A DNA stretch of 64,000 nt from Pseudomonadota bacterium (GTDB taxonomy: Bacteria > Pseudomonadota > Alphaproteobacteria > Caulobacterales > Caulobacteraceae). Location: the NCBI GenBank assembly GCA_048498155.1, contig JBEHYN010000007.1, positions 7,579-71,578 of the forward strand. The letters are read 5' to 3'. Both the position numbers and the translations under genes were made by a program. This document shows, piece by piece, positions 63,055-64,000 of this stretch (its first letter is position 1; the number at the start of each line of letters is the position of its first letter). The notes beneath the pieces are model-generated. The model was not told where the DNA came from, did no database searches, and saw nothing but the letters and a program-made list of their open reading frames with translations.

Positions 63055-64000
63055 CTGCAACACCCTCCCCTCGCGCCCACGCGGCGCGCCCTCGTCGTTG
63101 GAGCGGCGGCAGGATTGGCCGCCTCAAGCGCCCATGCCCAGACACCCCCCGTCGCGGGCCGCATCGAACGGCTTGATCCGGAACTGGACGCCCTGATCGA
63201 TGCCGACGCGCCGGTCGAGCTAGCGCTGGACGGCTATAGCTGGTGCGAGGGGCCGGTGTGGGTCGGCGGGCCGGACGGATATCTTCTGTCGTCGGACGTT
63301 CGGTCTAACGCCATCAAGCGCTGGAGCCAAAAGGACGGCGGCTCCGTCTGGCTCACCCCCAGCGGCATCGAAGGAACGCCCGACCCTGGGATCAATGAGG
63401 TGGGAACCAACGGCCTGTGCCTGGGGCGCGGCGGGATCATCTTCGCCGGCAGCGGCGGACGCACCGTGGGCGTGATCGACCTGAAGACCAAGAAGAAGAC
63501 CGTTCTGTGCTCGCATTTCGAGGGGAAGCGCTTCAACAGCCCCAACGACGTGGTCCTGGCCAAGGACGGCTCAATCTATTTCACCGACCCCTGCTTCGGC
63601 CTGATCGGCGGGGTCAATTCACCCCTGCGCGAGATGGATTATCAGGGCGTGTTCCGCATCGCGCCGGACAACACGGTCAGCCTGGTCAACGGCAACCTGT
63701 CGCCCAACGGCATCGGCCTGTCGCCGGACGGTCGCACCCTCTATGTCACCGACAAATACGATCGGGACGACAAGGGCCGCTGGTTCGCCCTGACGCTCGA
63801 TGAGCATGGGGAGGTCGCCGACAAGCGCGAGTTCATCGACATGCAGCACGGCCCGGGCGACGGCGACGGCCTGCGGGTCGATACGCGAGGCTATATCTGG
63901 GCGACCTCCGGCGACGGGGTCTCAATCTACACGGCCCAAGGCAAACCCATCGGAATCATTCGTGCCGGCGACCCCCTGCGAAACTGTGAGATCGGCGCGG
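63055..64000 (+). CDS. SMP-30/gluconolactonase/LRE family protein with Tat-type signal (partial; runs off the right edge)
   Basis: Frame open from 63001 to the window end, so it is not in the ORF track. My translation: ...[21 protein letters not shown]...WCEGPVWVGGPDGYLLSSDV...FNSPNDVVLAKDGSIYFTDP...SPNGIGLSPDGRTLYVTD. The start is uncertain: the only start-like codon behind GGAGGA (63042-63047) is CTG at 63055. Confidence 0.75.
   Translation, partial: MQHPPLAPTRRALVVGAAAGLAASSAHAQTPPVAGRIERLDPELDALIDADAPVELALDGYSWCEGPVWVGGPDGYLLSSDVRSNAIKRWSQKDGGSVWLTPSGIEGTPDPGINEVGTNGLCLGRGGIIFAGSGGRTVGVIDLKTKKKTVLCSHFEGKRFNSPNDVVLAKDGSIYFTDPCFGLIGGVNSPLREMDYQGVFRIAPDNTVSLVNGNLSPNGIGLSPDGRTLYVTDKYDRDDKGRWFALTLDEHGEVADKREFIDMQHGPGDGDGLRVDTRGYIWATSGDGVSIYTAQGKPIGIIRAGDPLRNCEIGA

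Overview
High-GC alphaproteobacterial chromosome, Caulobacter-like. Support for that: FtsZ has a long linker and ends [13 protein letters not shown]; a TTAA-N7-TTAA (CtrA-type) box and a TTATCCACA (DnaA-type) box sit upstream of ftsZ; a GTTC-N7-GTTC box is also present. Most of the window is core housekeeping. The dcw cell-division/cell-wall cluster is present but split into two convergent blocks. Block one is ddl-ftsQ-ftsA-ftsZ-lpxC-bamD-recN-ligA on the + strand (16.1-27.1 kb). Block two is rnpB-mraZ-rsmH-ftsL-ftsI-murE-murF-mraY-murD-ftsW-murG-(CMD-family gene)-murC-murB on the - strand (47.9-32.3 kb), continuing into two peptidases and a PQQ-like propeller protein. Other core genes are uvrD, prmA, mgtA, a fused HyuA/HyuB oxoprolinase, and a sahR-metF-split metH methionine operon. 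Also present are a hybrid histidine kinase and, at the right edge, a partial SMP-30/gluconolactonase gene. RNase P RNA (rnpB) is the only RNA gene I can support. I see no tRNA, rRNA, CRISPR array, transposase, integrase or recognisable defence genes, so I cannot point to a clear-cut novel system. The best candidate for an uncharacterised functional module is a translationally coupled operon of three exported proteins at 4.1-9.4 kb: an ankyrin-repeat protein, a DUF1552 protein, and a DUF1592/PSCyt-type protein with two CxxCH motifs. The most unusual sequence-level signal is two families of palindromic double-hairpin (REP/MITE-like) elements. They sit inside dcw intergenic spacers, in frame inside the oxoprolinase gene, and in the gap that splits metH. 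All family assignments come from motif recognition by eye and need database confirmation.
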